From an uncultured Candidatus Saccharibacteria bacterium (GTDB lineage Bacteria > Patescibacteriota > UBA1384 > JAMDBS01 > CAYSHH01): a stretch of DNA of 64,000 bases. Positions 61,135-64,000 of the stretch are shown here, piece by piece; within the stretch, counting starts at the first letter, position 1; every line of letters starts with the position of its first letter. Both the position numbers and the translations under genes were made by a program. The notes below the pieces were generated by a model. The model did no database searches and was not told the origin of the DNA. It worked only from the letters and a program-made list of their open reading frames with translations. The stretch is from NCBI GenBank assembly GCA_964430945.1, contig CAYSHH010000001.1:6473-70472 (forward strand), in the 5' to 3' direction.

Positions 61135-62565
61135 CTACTTAATTCTTGGGAATAACGGCTCAGCTTTCAAGGTTTCAAGTTGTTTTTTTATCTTTTCAGA
61201 AGTTTCTGGTAAAAATGGTTCTAAAGATAATGCCACAGTTTGTATTTCAAAAAATATTCTCTCGAATAATTCAACTAATACTTTTTTATCTTTAATTTCC
61301 CATGGTTTCTTAAGTTCTATAATTCTATTTGCAGATCGAATTCTTTGCCAAATATTCTCCAATATAAAACCAAAATTATATTGTTCGATATTTTCCGCAA
61401 ATATTTTCTCAGAGCTATTATATATCGGTTGTGCATCTTTATGATAGTTATCTAGCTTTAATTGATTTTTTTCTGCCATTTTTACAGCTCGCATTACCAA
61501 ATTCCCAAGCTCATTCGCAAGCTCCCCATTATAAACCTCATCAAATCTCTTCTGAGAGAAATCTCCATCTCCAGTTGCAGGAATTTCTTTAAGTAAATAA
61601 TATCTTAGTGCATCAGTCCCATATTTCTCAATAATTACAAATGGATCTACAACATTACCCATTGATTTGCTCATCTTTTTTCCCTCAGAAGTAATCCATC
61701 CGTGAACAAATATCGTTTTCGGAAGTTTTAATTCAGCTGACATAAGCATTGCTGGCCAGATAGCTGCATGAAATTTTAATATATCTTTACCAATACAATG
61801 AATATCTGCAGGCCAATATTTTTTAAATTTTGATTCGTCTTTTTGTCCATAATTAAGACCAGTTAGATAATTTGATAGTGCGTCACACCACACATACATC
61901 ACGTGTGATTCATCACCAGGTACAGGTATGCCCCAAGGCAATTTATCTTTTGGACGAGAAAAACTAACATCAGTAAGTTCAGCCAAGATATTTAATACTT
62001 CATTCTTTCTCGACTCAGGTACAATTTTAAGTTCATCGCTTTGAATTTTTTCTATAATTTGATTTTTATAGTCGGTCAATTTGAAAAAGTAATTCTCTTC
62101 TTTCACAACCTCTGGTTCTTTATTATGATTTGGACATTTACCATCAACTAGATCACGCTTTGTAAGAAATGCTTCACAACCAGCACAATACATTCCTTCA
62201 TAACTTTTTTTGTAAATATCACCTTTTTCTGCCAATTTTTTCCATAATTTTTGTGCCCCAGGCCAATGTGCTTTTTCATCAGATGTTGATATAAAATTAT
62301 CATTTGATATATCGAGTTTTTTTGCTAATTCTTTAAATTCTTTGATATTATCATCAACAAACTGTTTCGGGGTAATCTTTTTTTCCTCTGCACTACGAAA
62401 TATTTTTATTCCATGATCGTCTGTTCCTGTCAAAAAAAACACATCATTTTTTTGATCATGATAATATCGAGCTATTACATCAGCTTGTACCAACTCTAAA
62501 GCATACCCAATATGGGGCTTAGCATTAGTATAGGCGATTGATGTTGTTATATATTTTTTCTTCAT
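61135..62565 (-). CDS. metG: Methionyl-tRNA synthetase (short, monomeric type)
   Basis: Y.N..PHIG, GTDDHG, YVWCDAL, GKDI..FH, KMSKS. Confidence 0.96.
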   Translation of the reverse strand: MKKKYITTSIAYTNAKPHIGYALELVQADVIARYYHDQKNDVFFLTGTDDHGIKIFRSAEEKKITPKQFVDDNIKEFKELAKKLDISNDNFISTSDEKAHWPGAQKLWKKLAEKGDIYKKSYEGMYCAGCEAFLTKRDLVDGKCPNHNKEPEVVKEENYFFKLTDYKNQIIEKIQSDELKIVPESRKNEVLNILAELTDVSFSRPKDKLPWGIPVPGDESHVMYVWCDALSNYLTGLNYGQKDESKFKKYWPADIHCIGKDILKFHAAIWPAMLMSAELKLPKTIFVHGWITSEGKKMSKSMGNVVDPFVIIEKYGTDALRYYLLKEIPATGDGDFSQKRFDEVYNGELANELGNLVMRAVKMAEKNQLKLDNYHKDAQPIYNSSEKIFAENIEQYNFGFILENIWQRIRSANRIIELKKPWEIKDKKVLVELFERIFFEIQTVALSLEPFLPETSEKIKKQLETLKAEPLFPRIK

Positions 62566-62591
62566 TTTATCTTTAAATTTAATATCTTTCC

Positions 62592-62888
62592 CTAATGTAC
62601 ATCAAATTTCTTGGCTAATATTTCAAATTTTGTAAATTCATCTTTATATTTTTGATAATAAGGCTCACATCTCTCAACTTGTGCATTTTTAGGTCCAACC
62701 TTGCACCACTCAATAAATTTTTTGATATCTGCTTTACTTCCTTCTGCTGTCATCACCACCTGACCAGTTTCAGTATTCAGTGCCCATCCTGTAATTCCAA
62801 GTTTATTTGCAAAATCCTGTGCAGCTTTTCTAAATCCTACCCCTTTTACTTTTCCATAAATAGTAATTTTTACACGCGACTTAGGCAT
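62592..62888 (-). CDS. acyP: Acylphosphatase
   Basis: GKVKGVGFR, GWALN...G.V...EG, GP..A.V. Confidence 0.9.
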   Translation of the reverse strand: MPKSRVKITIYGKVKGVGFRKAAQDFANKLGITGWALNTETGQVVMTAEGSKADIKKFIEWCKVGPKNAQVERCEPYYQKYKDEFTKFEILAKKFDVH

Positions 62889-63553
62889 ATACTCACCTCT
62901 CCTTTAATTTTCTTATCTTTTAATTTTTCAATAATATCTTTGATATTTCCTCTTATAATTTCTTCGAATTTCTTTGTCATCTCGCGACCTATCACCACTT
63001 GCCAATCACCAATCGCCGAAAAATCTCTCAATGTTCTTACTATTCTATAGGGAGATTCGTAGATAATGATCGCTATATCATCTTTTTTAAAATTTAACAT
63101 TTGAACTTTGATATTTTCTAAAAGTGTTTTTCTACCTTTTTTCTTCGGCAGAAAACCCAAAAAAAGAAATTTACCAGATCTATTTCCAGAAATTGAACTC
63201 AAAGTGGCTACAGCCGATACACCGGGAATTGGCACTACTTTTATTTTATTTTCAATTGCTCTGAAAATCAACTCTGCACCCGGGTCTGATACAGCTGGTG
63301 TCCCAGCATCAGATACAAGCGCCACATCGCTTTCCGATTTCAATATATCAATAATCTCATCAATCTTATAATTTTTTGAATGTTGATGATATGAAATCAT
63401 CTTTGTTTTTATGTCGTATCGCTGAAGTAGTTTTGCTGTTTGCCTAGTATCTTCACACGCAATGACGTAAACCGACTTTAAAATACGTACCCCACGGTAC
63501 GTTATATCTTCCATATTCCCTATCGGTGTTGCAACTACATAAAGTATTCCCAT
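62870..63553 (-). CDS. rsmI: 16S rRNA C1402 2'-O-methyltransferase
   Basis: LYVVATPIGN, CEDTR, VSDAGTPAVSDPG, YESP.R, REMTK. Confidence 0.96.
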   Translation of the reverse strand: MGILYVVATPIGNMEDITYRGVRILKSVYVIACEDTRQTAKLLQRYDIKTKMISYHQHSKNYKIDEIIDILKSESDVALVSDAGTPAVSDPGAELIFRAIENKIKVVPIPGVSAVATLSSISGNRSGKFLFLGFLPKKKGRKTLLENIKVQMLNFKKDDIAIIIYESPYRIVRTLRDFSAIGDWQVVIGREMTKKFEEIIRGNIKDIIEKLKDKKIKGEVSICLSRV

Positions 63554-63590
63554 GTGATGATTCTAACAGGTCAAAAAACTAATTACAATA

Positions 63591-63619
63591 TTGACAATTG
63601 CCCATTTTTCGCGTATCAT
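63591..63619 (+). promoter_or_regulatory. sigma70-like promoter
   Basis: TTGACA, 17-nt spacer, TATCAT. Confidence 0.75.
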
Positions 63620-63677
63620 CTCTAAGTCTCTCGCGAGAGATTCATTAAAAAATCAAAAGACGAAAGGGGAAAATGAT

Positions 63678-64000
63678 ATGTCAAAAATACTATCAATAAA
63701 AAAACACCGGGTAGAATACCAGCGGGTTTTACAATCTCTAGAAAAGGTACGCAATGAAATTTTTGAAATTTTTCTTTGGACGAAAAGAAACCCTTATCTC
63801 AAAGATGAAGCAATAAACAGAATTTATTCAAAATTGGCTAATCTTGTGCCACGTGCCAATAATATTAAGGAAATTGAACGAGAGATAGAAAATGCGAATT
63901 CTTTTATTCATATTTTTTATAACTCGTTACATGAAGAATTGAAAAAGAGTCTTAACGAGCATTTCTGCCAAGAAATTTCTTATCTAGGAGGTCGCTATGG
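63678..64000 (+). CDS. Hypothetical protein (partial, open at the window's right edge)
   Basis: Open frame MSKILSIKKHRVEY... to the edge; AGGAGG-N5-ATG at 63997 suggests a coupled next gene. Confidence 0.55.
   Translation, partial: MSKILSIKKHRVEYQRVLQSLEKVRNEIFEIFLWTKRNPYLKDEAINRIYSKLANLVPRANNIKEIEREIENANSFIHIFYNSLHEELKKSLNEHFCQEISYLGGRY

Noticed and set aside
62592-62888. Acylphosphatase as a split HypF fragment
   Set aside because: Stand-alone AcyP about 35 kb from the hydrogenase, in an rsmI-metG-tatD context, with no Zn-finger/YrdC/Kae1 parts

Overview
AT-rich, gene-dense chromosomal window from a reduced-genome bacterium, most consistent with Patescibacteria/CPR. Support: divergent 16S rRNA, short EF-Ts/RF1/ProRS/MetRS, group 3b-like hydrogenase, MurT-GatD, L9 present, standard code 11. 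Nearly all genes are on the minus strand. The rRNA locus is split into three units in canonical order: 16S (10097-11595), tRNA-Ile/tRNA-Ala (6814-6981) and the 5' end of 23S (1-54). Each has its own sigma70-like promoter, and protein genes lie between them. Core content: pepA, clpP, tig, glycolysis (pfkB-family kinase, fba, pgk, gap, tpiA) interrupted by a four-subunit NiFe (sulf)hydrogenase plus hypC-DUF6390-unknown, the rpmE-rpsB-tsf-frr-rseP-proS cluster, prfA, htrA, gatCAB, ligA, lemA, rplI, ctpA, an iscS-murT-gatD-iscU-mnmA operon, pyrG, tatD, metG and rsmI. Best leads for undescribed biology: (1) an orphan Phd/YefM-fold protein with a Cys triad and an operator-like palindrome at the IscR position of the Fe-S operon; (2) a minimal HypC + DUF6390 (+ probable paralogue) hydrogenase maturation module; (3) a membrane-anchored Clp/Hsp100 ATPase with a degenerate first ring and a translationally coupled membrane partner; (4) dispersed degenerate 7/8-nt tandem micro-repeats embedded in housekeeping genes; (5) two nucleotide-targeting accessory islets. 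All family calls come from motif recognition by eye; no database searches were run.
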